From positions 512,001-576,000 of the forward strand of contig JALDAJ010000001.1 of NCBI GenBank assembly GCA_022729235.1: a stretch of 64,000 bases of DNA, read 5' to 3'. The DNA is from Candidatus Nanohalarchaeota archaeon. Its GTDB lineage: Archaea > Nanohalarchaeota > Nanosalinia > Nanosalinales > Nanosalinaceae. Position 1 is the first letter of the stretch, and every line of letters begins with the position of its first letter. Below, in pieces: positions 30,166 to 39,866 of this stretch. Below the pieces are notes generated by a model that searched no databases, was not told where the DNA came from, and saw only the letters and a list, made by a program, of their open reading frames with translations. Both the position numbers and the translations under genes were made by a program.

Positions 30166-31428
30166 TCAGTACTCGACTTCCGAGTCCTCGTAGAGAGGGA
30201 ACTCCTTCAATAACTCATGGACCCGGTTGTTGATTTCCTCCTCCAACTTACCGTCTCCAGGGTTCTTTACCCTCTCGGCTATCATCTCTCCTATCTCCTC
30301 CAGCTCGTCTTCCTCCATACCTCTTGTAGTAAGAGCAGGAGTACCAATCCTCACGCCAGAAGTTACTCGTGGCGATTCCGGATCGTACGGCACCATGTTC
30401 TTGTTGACAATGATGTCTACTTCCTCAAGTGCTGCTTCTGCCTCTTTACCAGTTATATCTTCGTCTCGAAGGTCGACCAGCACCAGGTGGTTATCAGTCC
30501 CGCCGGAGACAAGCTTCAGACCGTTGTCCTGTAAACCTTTTGCGAGCGCCTCCGCATTTTCCTTAATCTGCCTTGCATAGTCTTCAAACTCCGGTTTCAT
30601 AGCCTCGTTGAAACAGACGGCTTTAGCGGCTAGCTGGTGCATCAGAGGTCCGCCCTGCGAGTAGGGGAATACTGCCTTGTCGATGTCTTTCGCGTATTTA
30701 TCCTTGCAGAGAATCATTCCGCCTCTAGCTCCGCGGATGGATTTGTGCGTTGTCGTTGTAACTATATCGCATTCCGGGAACGGAGACTCATGTTCCCCTG
30801 CCGCCACTAGACCGGAGATATGGGCGATGTCGCACATCAGGAGCGCATCCACTTCATCTGCGACTTCTCTGAACATCTCGAAATCGATTTCACGTGGGTA
30901 CGCGGAGTAACCGCAGACGATCAGGTCGGGATCGTGCTCTCTCGCCGCCTCCAGTATGTCTTCCTTCTCGAACTCTTCAGTCTCCTTGTTTATCGGGTAG
31001 GTGCCGAAGTCGAACAGGTCGCCGGAGAAGTTAACGCCGTGACCATGGGTCAGGTGTCCGCCATGCGCAAGTACCGGTCCGAGCACCTTGTCGCCTGCCT
31101 CCAGAACTGAGAAGTAAGCTGCAAAATTTGCCTGCGAGCCGGAGTGCGGCTGGATGTTAGCATGGTCTGCACCGAATATCTCGCATGCCCGCTCTCTTGC
31201 GAGGTCTTCTATGGTGTCGTGGTGCTCGCATCCGGCGTAGTATCTTTTACCAGGGTAGCCCTCGCAGTACTTGTTGGTCAGGATAGAGCCCTGTGCCTGT
31301 AAAACCTGTCTTGGAACAAAGTTTTCTGAGGCTATCATCTCTAAACCTTCTTTCTCCTGTCTCTCCATCTCATTTTCCAGGGCTTTGTGTACTTCTGGGT
31401 CCGCGTCTGAAAGATCCTGATGCTTCAC
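30166..31428 (-). CDS. glyA: Serine hydroxymethyltransferase
   Basis: IASEN, NKYCEGYPGKRYY, GGHLTHG, TTTTHKS.RG.RGG, SGVRIGTP. Confidence 0.96.
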   Translation of the reverse strand: MKHQDLSDADPEVHKALENEMERQEKEGLEMIASENFVPRQVLQAQGSILTNKYCEGYPGKRYYAGCEHHDTIEDLARERACEIFGADHANIQPHSGSQANFAAYFSVLEAGDKVLGPVLAHGGHLTHGHGVNFSGDLFDFGTYPINKETEEFEKEDILEAAREHDPDLIVCGYSAYPREIDFEMFREVADEVDALLMCDIAHISGLVAAGEHESPFPECDIVTTTTHKSIRGARGGMILCKDKYAKDIDKAVFPYSQGGPLMHQLAAKAVCFNEAMKPEFEDYARQIKENAEALAKGLQDNGLKLVSGGTDNHLVLVDLRDEDITGKEAEAALEEVDIIVNKNMVPYDPESPRVTSGVRIGTPALTTRGMEEDELEEIGEMIAERVKNPGDGKLEEEINNRVHELLKEFPLYEDSEVEY

Positions 31429-31429
31429 G

Positions 31430-32701
31430 TTATTCGACCTCTATGTACTCCTGCCCGCCCATGTAGGGCTGTAGAGCCTCCGGTATCTCTATTCCGCGTT
31501 CGCTCTGGTGGTTTTCGATTATCGCGGTCATAGTCCGCTGTGTGGCGCAGGCGGTCGCGTTCAGGGTGTGAACGGTCTCGTTGTCATCACTGCCTCTTCT
31601 TATCCTTGCGTTCAGCTTGGTTGCCTGGTAAACGGTGCAGTTACTGCATGAGACGACCTCTCCGTACTCCTGGAGTGGTGGGCGCCAGACCTCGATATCG
31701 TATTTTTTCGCTGCTGTATCCCCGAGGTCTCCGGTACACACGTTGACGACGCGGTAAGGCAGTTCGAGCTCCTGGAATATCTCCTCCGCGTTCTGCAGAA
31801 GTTCCTCGTGTAGTTCCCACGAGTCTTCCGGTTCGGAAAAAATAAACTGTTCGATCTTCTCGAACTGGTGTACGCGCCAGATACCGCGCGTCTGTTGTCC
31901 GTGCTTGCCCGCTTCTCTCCTGAAATTGGTGGAGAAACCCGCAAGTTTCAGCGGTAATTCCTGTGGTTCGATTATCTCGTTGTGTTTCAGTGCTGCGAGC
32001 GTCTGCTCCGAGGTCGCTATCAGGTACTTGTCCTCGTCCTCTATCTTGTAGAGCTGTTCTTCGAAGTCTTCAAGCTCCGCGGCAGCCTCCATCGGCTCGT
32101 GTTTCAGCGTGTAAGGTGTCTGCATCGGGGTGTAACCCTTCTCCACGATGTGGTCCATTGCAAAATTAATCAGTGCCTGGTTAAGCCGGTAAAGGTCGCC
32201 TTTCAGGTAGTAGGCTCTCTCACCTGCTATCTCCGCAGCTTTTTCTGTCTCCGCGAGGTCGTTTCTCTCTATGACGTCTGCGCCGAGCTCTGCATCGTTA
32301 TCCTTGCCGTCTTCCGGCGCCCAGGTCTTTATCTCCACGTTGTCGTCCTCGTCTTCTCCCTGCGGCACCGAGTTGTGAACTATATTGCCTATTTTGAACC
32401 TTATCTCGTCTCGCTCTTCTTGGAGTTGTTCAACTTCGTCTTCCAGAGTGCTTATGTCTTCTTTGACCTCCTTCATCCGCTCAATCTTGTCCGAGGCGTC
32501 CTCACCTTCCTGTTTCAGCTCCGCGATTTTGTCTCCTACGCTATTTCTCTCCGCTCTAAGATCTTCCAGTTCCTGGAGTTTTTCACGCCACTTCTCATCG
32601 AGTTCTACTACTTTATCGACCCTTTCCGGGTCCTTGTCCCTGTACTTTTCAGACTCCTTTATCTTCTCGGGTTCCTCGCGGAACGTCTCCATCTCAAGCA
32701 T
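31430..32701 (-). CDS. serS: Seryl-tRNA synthetase
   Basis: LIATSE, FRREAG, RVHQFEKIEQF, EVVSCSNC, HTLNATA. Confidence 0.96.
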   Translation of the reverse strand: MLEMETFREEPEKIKESEKYRDKDPERVDKVVELDEKWREKLQELEDLRAERNSVGDKIAELKQEGEDASDKIERMKEVKEDISTLEDEVEQLQEERDEIRFKIGNIVHNSVPQGEDEDDNVEIKTWAPEDGKDNDAELGADVIERNDLAETEKAAEIAGERAYYLKGDLYRLNQALINFAMDHIVEKGYTPMQTPYTLKHEPMEAAAELEDFEEQLYKIEDEDKYLIATSEQTLAALKHNEIIEPQELPLKLAGFSTNFRREAGKHGQQTRGIWRVHQFEKIEQFIFSEPEDSWELHEELLQNAEEIFQELELPYRVVNVCTGDLGDTAAKKYDIEVWRPPLQEYGEVVSCSNCTVYQATKLNARIRRGSDDNETVHTLNATACATQRTMTAIIENHQSERGIEIPEALQPYMGGQEYIEVE

Positions 32702-32833
32702 AGAAAGCTACCTCTTGAAGATTAGTTGGATAGAAAGGGTTTAAACTATTGACAAACGTACCGACCGGAAAAACGTCCACCCTTCATTGGCACACCGCAG
32801 AATTCAGTCTCCAGTGTTAAATACGTTTTCCGG

Positions 32834-32974
32834 TTACTTGATGTCCTCAAGCACTTTTTCATATAGAAACGGTAGTACCTCTTCATCACTGAGTTCTCGC
32901 GTGACTGGTTCCTCGCCATCTTCTCTTATTATCTCCGGTATGCGGTCGCGGACGAGTTTCGGTAAGTCAGTCAC
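32834..32974 (-). pseudogene. Truncated MazG-like (COG4997-type) NTP pyrophosphohydrolase fragment
   Basis: Not in the ORF track. A GTG overlapping the NUDIX stop gives MTDLPKLVRDRIPEIIREDGEEPVTRELSDEEVLPFLYEKVLEDIK* (46 aa). The KLVRDxIPEII signature is present but the ORF stops before the ExxE...EExD catalytic part. Confidence 0.7.
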
Positions 32975-33387
32975 TTGTTCTCACCCCACTCGTTAAATGC
33001 AAGATTCAGGCTTTCCCGGAGTTCGTCATGCATGCTCAGGTCGTCGAGCTCTGCTATTTCGACCCATCGATAATCGGTGTGCTCGTCTCCAAGCTCTACT
33101 TCGGTCTCGTCTGTCTCACATAGAAAAGTTGTTCCGAAAATCTGCTCGCCGCTGTCTCTGGTAAAGGTCCAGGAATAGATAGGCTTTATGACTTCAACTT
33201 CAATACCTGCTTCCTCTCGCACCTCTCTTTTCAGTCCTTCAACAGGATGTTCCCCGTAGTCGAAGCTTCCTCCTGGCACGTCCCAGTAGTTCTGTAGATG
33301 GGTTTCATCATTAGCTCTCTTTATAACCAAGATCTTTCCGTCATCCCGTATTATAACTGCCTTTCCTGCGGCGGTAATCTCAGGCAT
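32971..33387 (-). CDS. NUDIX hydrolase (MutT-like)
   Basis: PGGSFDYGEHPVEGLKREVREEAG Nudix box; EHTDYRW. Confidence 0.92.
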   Translation of the reverse strand: MPEITAAGKAVIIRDDGKILVIKRANDETHLQNYWDVPGGSFDYGEHPVEGLKREVREEAGIEVEVIKPIYSWTFTRDSGEQIFGTTFLCETDETEVELGDEHTDYRWVEIAELDDLSMHDELRESLNLAFNEWGENK

Positions 33388-33390
33388 ATT

Positions 33391-34419
33391 CTACCTTAGC
33401 ATTCGGTTCAGGGCTCCTACTGCTTCAACTGGTTTTTCCCCAAAAGCGGTCTCGTGGCAGAGCATGAATCCGTTCGCACCCCGTTCTCTCCAGCGCTGGA
33501 TGTCGGATATCTCCGGTCTCAGCGGTACCGAGAATTGCTCTAGACCCTCGAGTAGTTGGGTTGCCATGACCCAGGGTGTGTCGTTCCTCTCCGCCGCGTC
33601 CACTATCTTCTCGCAGTTCTCCGGCATCTTCTCCCAGGGCTGCAGCAGCGCGAGATCGCCTCTAGCCACCATCACTGCGTCAGAAGCCTCTGCTATCTCG
33701 TGGGCGTTTTCCACACCACTCCCTGTCTCTATCTTCGAAACGACCGGAACCTTTTCTCCCGCTTCCTCCATGATCTCTCTAGCTTTCCTGACTTCTGAGG
33801 CTTCTGAGACGAAGCTCAGCAGTACAGCGTCAAAACTGTCGCTGTTCCTTGCTATGAACCTCAGGTCTTCCCTATCTTTCTCTGTCAGCGCGGACGGCTC
33901 GAACCTGTCGGACTGCGGCTGGACACCTCTCCGCGGGTTTATAGTTCCAGAGCTCTCCACGCGGCACCTGATTTCTTCGCCGGTGTTTTCCTTCGCAACA
34001 AGTATGACATCGCCATCGCCGATATAGATCCTGTCTCCTTCCTCGACCGCGTCGATGAGTTTCCGGGAGTCGACCGGTATCCTGAAGTTTTTCTCGTTGA
34101 AACTCGCCGCCGGATCTGCGAGCGTGAGGTTGTCTCCGTCCGGGACCTCCAGTCTGGTGTGGTGGCCGAGATCTTCTATCCGGACCTGTTCGCCGGCTAG
34201 GTCCGCTATTACGTCTATGTCTTTCCCGACTACTTCTCCAGCTCTCCTCATCATTTCTGAGAGCTGGGTCTGGAGTTCATGGTCTCCAAATGAGAATGTC
34301 AGTCTCACTCCGTCAGCTCCAGCATCGAACAGTTGCTGCGCGACGTGCGGAGTGTTTGAAGACGTAGCCTTGGTGAACCATATTGACGGCTTATCTTCGA
34401 GGAGATGTAGTCCTGACAT
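33391..34419 (-). CDS. Divergent short pyruvate-kinase-family protein (no C-terminal domain)
   Basis: LSFV, SKIE, VMVARGDL, ATQLLE, ML.HETA.G..PVEAV are retained; N-terminal motifs are altered. Confidence 0.85.
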   Translation of the reverse strand: MSGLHLLEDKPSIWFTKATSSNTPHVAQQLFDAGADGVRLTFSFGDHELQTQLSEMMRRAGEVVGKDIDVIADLAGEQVRIEDLGHHTRLEVPDGDNLTLADPAASFNEKNFRIPVDSRKLIDAVEEGDRIYIGDGDVILVAKENTGEEIRCRVESSGTINPRRGVQPQSDRFEPSALTEKDREDLRFIARNSDSFDAVLLSFVSEASEVRKAREIMEEAGEKVPVVSKIETGSGVENAHEIAEASDAVMVARGDLALLQPWEKMPENCEKIVDAAERNDTPWVMATQLLEGLEQFSVPLRPEISDIQRWRERGANGFMLCHETAFGEKPVEAVGALNRMLR

Positions 34420-34459
34420 ATGATTGACATGTGGAAGAAATTGTTAAACCAATTCTGAT

Positions 34460-35107
34460 TTACCGCCTTGCGAGTAGCCGGATGATTATCTGGAGTAGCA
34501 TGATGAATACGCCCATGAATGCCACGTAGATTCCGATACCGTTCACGTATACTTCGGAGGACTGTGTTTTCAGTTCCCAGATTTCGTATACCAGGAGGAC
34601 TATGAATCCGAGTAGAGCGGAGATGAATGCGAGTAGCAGGATGGGAGGTACTACTGTTCCAAGGGCTCCGAGTACCAGGACTCCGATGAAGAAGAATGTT
34701 GCGTAGAGGTTCCAGGATGAGAAGTCTCTGCCTGTCCCGTAAACTACTGCGGCTGCCACTACTCCGATAAGAGTTGTCAGGAGAGCTGTTACTGCCACGG
34801 CAATTGCCTGGAGTTCAAGACTTACCATAGCCAGTAGTCCTGCTCCAAATGATGCGTAAGCAACCTGCAGAAGCACTACTCCTAAAACGGCGAGTTCCAT
34901 CTGGTCTCGCTTCAGACCGCGTTCAGCCAGATAATTTCCTGCGGTCAGCATGGCTCCGTATACAATTATTCCGGCAATCGGGATGCTGAAAGCAATACCT
35001 AGAAACAAAGCAACCGGAGTGTAAGCCAGCGCCCACATGAAAGCAAAGTTTACAAGTATCAGCGCCGCGCTGACACCGATACTTTTCAGCTCGTTGGTCT
35101 CCAGCAT
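34460..35107 (-). CDS. Bax-inhibitor-1-like membrane protein
   Basis: About seven TM helices, TGRDFSSW, LLVYEIW, IYVAFMGVF. Confidence 0.65.
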   Translation of the reverse strand: MLETNELKSIGVSAALILVNFAFMWALAYTPVALFLGIAFSIPIAGIIVYGAMLTAGNYLAERGLKRDQMELAVLGVVLLQVAYASFGAGLLAMVSLELQAIAVAVTALLTTLIGVVAAAVVYGTGRDFSSWNLYATFFFIGVLVLGALGTVVPPILLLAFISALLGFIVLLVYEIWELKTQSSEVYVNGIGIYVAFMGVFIMLLQIIIRLLARR

Positions 35108-35230
35108 CCGTATACCTGTTTTCAGGACAGACCTTTTTAATCGGTGCGGCTGACCTGTCCAGGTTTCCCTCTGTCATAAGTGTAGTTCTGTAAAAAACGA
35201 CTTGGTTTCAGGTTGTGAAACTAGAGTTTC

Positions 35231-35644
35231 ATGAGTCTACTGGATAAGTTGAATCCTTTGAAGAGGAAAAAGAGTTACGAGCTACCGACGGGAGAAGTGA
35301 AGCCGGGTAGTGATTCGAGAGGAAACGGTCTGAGAAGAGATCAGTTTGAGATATTTGTGGATAGGTATCTTGATATACAGGAGAAAAACAGGGAGTATAT
35401 AGTGTCTCAACTTGAATCTGCTGAAAGCGGTTATGCGGAGCTGGAAGTTGAGTGGGACCGGTTAGAAGGAAAGGGAGAGTTAAACGCATACCTGGACGGT
35501 ACGATGGTTCTGACGACGGAAATCGGTGAACATGAGTTGGATGTTCTTGAGGAAAGCCATATAGCCAGGAGGAGGGAGGATGAAAACTCTGATTATCAGA
35601 GCAGAGAAGTTTCTCATTTTTTCAGAGATCTATCTCATATTTAA
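35231..35644 (+). CDS. Hypothetical protein
   Basis: 137-aa acidic ORF with no recognised motif. Confidence 0.6.
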   Translation: MSLLDKLNPLKRKKSYELPTGEVKPGSDSRGNGLRRDQFEIFVDRYLDIQEKNREYIVSQLESAESGYAELEVEWDRLEGKGELNAYLDGTMVLTTEIGEHELDVLEESHIARRREDENSDYQSREVSHFFRDLSHI

Positions 35645-35712
35645 TCAATTTTCTAGTGCTGTGATAGATTGTATTCGATGCGTACAAAAATGTGGTTTAC
35701 AAATCTGGATGT

Positions 35713-36324
35713 ATGAGGTCGCAGGATTTTCCCGGTACTTTTATCGTGGTAGAAGGTGCTGATGGAGCAGGTACAACAACTCAGGCTGAAAGACTGGCTG
35801 AGGAGCTCGGCGCTTACTACACTGCGGAGCACGGTGACAGGAGAGAGGAAGCGACGAAGATAGGTGAGAAAGTGGAGGAGATGATTTCCTCGGACAGTTA
35901 TTCCGCGGAGGCTATCGCCCTTGCGTTCGCCGCCGACAGGATGGTGCATCTTGAAGAAGTTGTGATCCCGAAACTTGAGAAGGGCAAAACCGTGGTCAGC
36001 GACCGCTACTATCATTCCTCGCTCGTTTACCAGCCTGCGCTTGGCGCAGATTTTGACTGGGTGATGGATGTTAACCGGTTCGCTGTTGTCCCTGATTTTA
36101 CAATCGTGCTTGACGTTTCCGCGGAGACAGGGATGTCCCGGATCGACTCCCGGGGCTCTGACGGGAACATCTTCGAGGAGATGAGCTTCCAGGAGGAGGT
36201 CGTGGAGCGTTACCGGGGACTACCTGATCAACTGGATGAGGACGTAGTTCTGGTCGACGGATCCGGGAGTAAGGAGGAAGTCTTCCAGGGAGTTCTTGAC
36301 AAAGTCCGCGGAGGTCTAGGTTAG
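35713..36324 (+). CDS. tmk: Thymidylate kinase
   Basis: FIVVEGADGAGTTTQ, FAADR, SDRYYHSSLVYQ, PDFTIVLD. Confidence 0.92.
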   Translation: MRSQDFPGTFIVVEGADGAGTTTQAERLAEELGAYYTAEHGDRREEATKIGEKVEEMISSDSYSAEAIALAFAADRMVHLEEVVIPKLEKGKTVVSDRYYHSSLVYQPALGADFDWVMDVNRFAVVPDFTIVLDVSAETGMSRIDSRGSDGNIFEEMSFQEEVVERYRGLPDQLDEDVVLVDGSGSKEEVFQGVLDKVRGGLG

Positions 36325-36360
36325 CTTTTTATTTGAAGTTGTTCTGCTACTCGAATAGAG

Positions 36361-36933
36361 ATGTCCGAGAACCTTGAGGAGACAAACGCCGGTGTAAAGA
36401 AAAAAGGTAACTGGAAAGAGGTCGCAAAGTTCGGCCAGAAAGTGGAAGAGGTGATGGAGGAGAGCGATATCGATGAGAGTTCTGTTGAAGAGTTCCAGGA
36501 GTGGCGTCCGAAAACTGACGAGGCAGAGAACGATATGAAGAAGAAGACTGTCGAAAGGGCATCTATGAACGAGAAAAGAGTTGAAGAGGAGAGTAACGGG
36601 GTCAGGAATGACATAAAGGATGCTTCGGAGAAAGCCGCGGAAGCAGGTAAGAAAGCCGCGCATAGAGAGAACCCTGAACCTGAGATCAAGGAGGCGTCTA
36701 AAGGAGTGCTGAGACCTTTTTTTGCGAAGTCTATAGAGTACCTGCGTGACCTAGAGGAAGATATCTATTCAAAGATTATGTTGAAGTTCAACCCGTTCTA
36801 CCTTGATACAGAGGATTTAACCGTTGACTTCAGAGCCAAGAGGGACGGCGACTACGAGATGGATGTAAACGTTTCCGGGAACGGGGCGAGAGAAAAGATA
36901 AAGAGGGAATTAAGGGAAGAAGAGAATGGGTGA
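36361..36933 (+). CDS. Conserved halophile hypothetical protein (DUF5828-like)
   Basis: G.W.EV, F.EWRPK, M.KKT.E.AS, E..IY..IM....PFY.D. Confidence 0.7.
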   Translation: MSENLEETNAGVKKKGNWKEVAKFGQKVEEVMEESDIDESSVEEFQEWRPKTDEAENDMKKKTVERASMNEKRVEEESNGVRNDIKDASEKAAEAGKKAAHRENPEPEIKEASKGVLRPFFAKSIEYLRDLEEDIYSKIMLKFNPFYLDTEDLTVDFRAKRDGDYEMDVNVSGNGAREKIKRELREEENG

Positions 36934-37861
36934 AATACTGACCGCGCTCGCCTTTGCGGCGGCAATTTTCATGGGTATTTCTATAGGTGCGTCAAGCATC
37001 GCGCCTGCTTTCGGACCCGTCAACTCTTCAGGCGCAGAGAATATCCTGCGTGCAGCTCTTCTGGGAGGTATCTTCGCTCTCATAGGTTCGGTGGTCCAGG
37101 GAAGGAATGTCACAGAGACCATCGGTTCCGGAATACTGATCGGAGAGATCACACTGCTTCAGGGAACAATCATACTTTTCATAGGTGCTGCGCTAGTGAT
37201 TATAAGCGTCCTGACTGATTACCCTATGCCAACCGCATTCACTGTAACCGGGGCTGTCATAGGCAGTGCTGTTGGCTTCGGTGACGCCCTCAACTATGAC
37301 ACTATCGCCATGATTATCGGGTACTGGGTGATGGTGCCTATAGTTGCGCTATTTATGAGCTACGGTATAGCGGTTGCTTTAAGGCATTTGATACCGAAAG
37401 AAGGGTCTGAGAGGTTTATCCAGGCATTGCTCCTGGTTTCCGGCGCCTACATGGCATATACCACTGGTGCCGGTTCGGTGGGGCTGGCAGTCGGTCCCCT
37501 ACAGTCGATGGACCTGGAGCTCAACGTCGTCCTCATCATAGGAGGGCTGGCGATTATGGCTGGTAGCTGGATGTACTCTCCCCGTATCATAAAGGCGGTT
37601 TCTCGTGACTACACCAATCTCGGTCCGAGGAGGTCTATCGCTGCACTCGGTACTGCGGCTGTCCTGGCACAGGTAGGAATCCAGATGGGTGCACCTATCT
37701 CCGCGAACCTGGCTATCATCGCCTCTGTTATAGGCTCGGGCATGGTGGAAGGAAAGTCCAACATGGAACGCGGCAAGATATTATTTACAGCAGTAGCCTG
37801 GGTCGGAGCGTTCTTTCTCTCAATAGCTCTAACAGCGGGGATAGGGCTGTTGATACAGTAG
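36926..37861 (+). CDS. Inorganic phosphate transporter (PiT family)
   Basis: G.SIGASSIAPAFGP, G..VTETIG, GAPISA duplicated halves. Confidence 0.85.
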   Translation: MGEILTALAFAAAIFMGISIGASSIAPAFGPVNSSGAENILRAALLGGIFALIGSVVQGRNVTETIGSGILIGEITLLQGTIILFIGAALVIISVLTDYPMPTAFTVTGAVIGSAVGFGDALNYDTIAMIIGYWVMVPIVALFMSYGIAVALRHLIPKEGSERFIQALLLVSGAYMAYTTGAGSVGLAVGPLQSMDLELNVVLIIGGLAIMAGSWMYSPRIIKAVSRDYTNLGPRRSIAALGTAAVLAQVGIQMGAPISANLAIIASVIGSGMVEGKSNMERGKILFTAVAWVGAFFLSIALTAGIGLLIQ

Positions 37862-37998
37862 ATGTGTATAGAGTTGTATAACTTATTTTAACTATCTGCT
37901 CTGCAGATAATTTATCCCGGTGAGGGCGTATCACAGAGACGGATAAAGAGTCTTTCGAGGATGGATATAAGACCTCTCTTGGAGAAAGGATAGAGGCT

Positions 37999-38667
37999 GT
38001 GTTCGAGCCGCGCCTAGATGCCAACATGTCCGATTTTCCAGGTGATACGGAGGGATGGAATGTTACTATCCTGAAGAACGGGAGTTCTTGGACACGTAGA
38101 ATGGAGGAAATTGAAGATGCGGTCGATCCAACAGTCGCGCAGATGTTGAAGGGTGAGCTTCATCAAGCCAAACAAAAGTATTCCTGCCTGACCGAAGCTA
38201 TTCTGAATGGCGAGATTGAAGGAGAAGACTTAGAGATTTCTTTAGAAGATACAAAGTCGGAGTATGCCCGGAAATTGATAGAACTGGAGTATATCCAGAA
38301 AGAACTGGAGAACGGCCGAGAAGTTGATTACCAGAATGATATAGATGTAAGCGATTCTGTTCTGGCAGAGGAGAATCCAGAGAAACTGGGTCGTATAATA
38401 AGCGGAGGTAAAACTGCTTTAGACACTAAAGACTGGATCGCCGGGTTACTCCGGTTGTCTGAGGAAGGCGGAGAGATGGTAGACGACTACAATCAGTTGA
38501 AGGAAGGACTCCTATCCCAGGATAACTTCATGGGTGATGTATACGATTCGCTCGATTGGAGCAGGAATAAGTTTGGAACAGGATTGAACGGTCAAAATGA
38601 ACTAGGATACGTAGAATTTGATCAGGAAGGTAATATCCGTGAATACGGGCTTAACTCCTTCCGGTAG
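37999..38667 (+). CDS. Hypothetical acidic protein
   Basis: 222-aa ORF with no recognised motif. Confidence 0.65.
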   Translation: MFEPRLDANMSDFPGDTEGWNVTILKNGSSWTRRMEEIEDAVDPTVAQMLKGELHQAKQKYSCLTEAILNGEIEGEDLEISLEDTKSEYARKLIELEYIQKELENGREVDYQNDIDVSDSVLAEENPEKLGRIISGGKTALDTKDWIAGLLRLSEEGGEMVDDYNQLKEGLLSQDNFMGDVYDSLDWSRNKFGTGLNGQNELGYVEFDQEGNIREYGLNSFR

Positions 38668-38682
38668 ATATAGGTCTTGAGG

Positions 38683-39528
38683 TCACTCGTCCTCCATCAA
38701 ACCGCCGGGTTCTGAATAGGCGATACTGGACGTCTCTACTCCGAGAACTCCTTCTTCAAGTTCCACTTCTCGACAGCTCTCGATCGGTTCAACTTCGAAT
38801 ATATCTCCGGGCTCTAACCCATCTATCTGCTCAAAACGGTGTGGACTCATACTGAGTTCCAGTTCTTCAACTGCTGTCTCTGGTGCGAAACCGGTCATGT
38901 ATCCGCCGGTGCTCGCACCTCCTAGGCGCTGGGTAGATTCATTTATACCGGCACAGACGCTAAACCTCTGTCTCTCTATATCGGCGTGAAGGTAGCCTGA
39001 CTTCCTGATTTCCAGCTCCCCGAACTTGTTCTCGCCTTCCAACATCTCTACCTCTTCTTCCAGGGTCAGGTCGTATTCGGCGTCTACTGCCGCCGCATCA
39101 TAAGCTACGAGAAGTGCTAGTACCGCTCCTATCCCAGCGACTATCTTGAGAGCCTGATCCCGGTTAGGGATGTATTCTTGCTTATTGGTTAACGTGTATC
39201 CGATTGCAGAGAACAGCACTGCGGAAAACAGGAGTGATGCAAGTGTTCCATCAGAGGTTCTCAGGAACCTACCGTTGATGTAAATCAGGAAGCCTAAATA
39301 GGATCCTGCCGAAACAAGGTAGGAAACAAGCTTTACGCCGCGAGCCTCACGTGAAACGCCTGCAACAAGCGTGGATGCGAACACTGCGAACAGCACCGCG
39401 GCGATAGTGAACGGCGACAGGTCCTGTATGTATTCAAACCCGAAGTAAAGCACTGCGAGAACCGCGAAAAACGCGGAGGCGCCGTAGAATATGCGTGAGT
39501 AGTCAAAGTTTTCTGAAGCCATAAACAC
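38683..39528 (-). CDS. Membrane protein (five TM helices plus extracellular domain)
   Basis: Hydrophobic N-half, acidic C-half containing two Cys. Confidence 0.75.
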   Translation of the reverse strand: MFMASENFDYSRIFYGASAFFAVLAVLYFGFEYIQDLSPFTIAAVLFAVFASTLVAGVSREARGVKLVSYLVSAGSYLGFLIYINGRFLRTSDGTLASLLFSAVLFSAIGYTLTNKQEYIPNRDQALKIVAGIGAVLALLVAYDAAAVDAEYDLTLEEEVEMLEGENKFGELEIRKSGYLHADIERQRFSVCAGINESTQRLGGASTGGYMTGFAPETAVEELELSMSPHRFEQIDGLEPGDIFEVEPIESCREVELEEGVLGVETSSIAYSEPGGLMEDE

Positions 39529-39608
39529 AGATTATGCTTATCCGATTTTATAACTGGTGTAGTGTCCGGTTAAGACCGGATAAAAGATAGAGGGAAAAGA
39601 AAGAGTTC

Positions 39609-39824
39609 TTAGATAATGCCGTACTCGTTGAGGACTTTTCTCCAGAAGCTGTAAGCCAGAACTCCAGCCACCACGACAGCGATCCAGGAGACAGACATCG
39701 GGATATTATGAGGTCCGGACTGTAAGCTCCAGCCCATCACCGCCCGCAGAGCGTGACCGGCAAATACTATCGTGAAAATGACTGCAGAAAGAACCTCAAC
39801 CTGTTCATGCTCAAGTAGCTCCAT
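39609..39824 (-). CDS. Small two-TM membrane protein
   Basis: IVFAGHALRAVMGW...IPMSVSW. Confidence 0.65.
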   Translation of the reverse strand: MELLEHEQVEVLSAVIFTIVFAGHALRAVMGWSLQSGPHNIPMSVSWIAVVVAGVLAYSFWRKVLNEYGII

Positions 39825-39866
39825 GTATGTAGAATTAGAGGATCCGAATATAAAGGGTAGTCAAGG

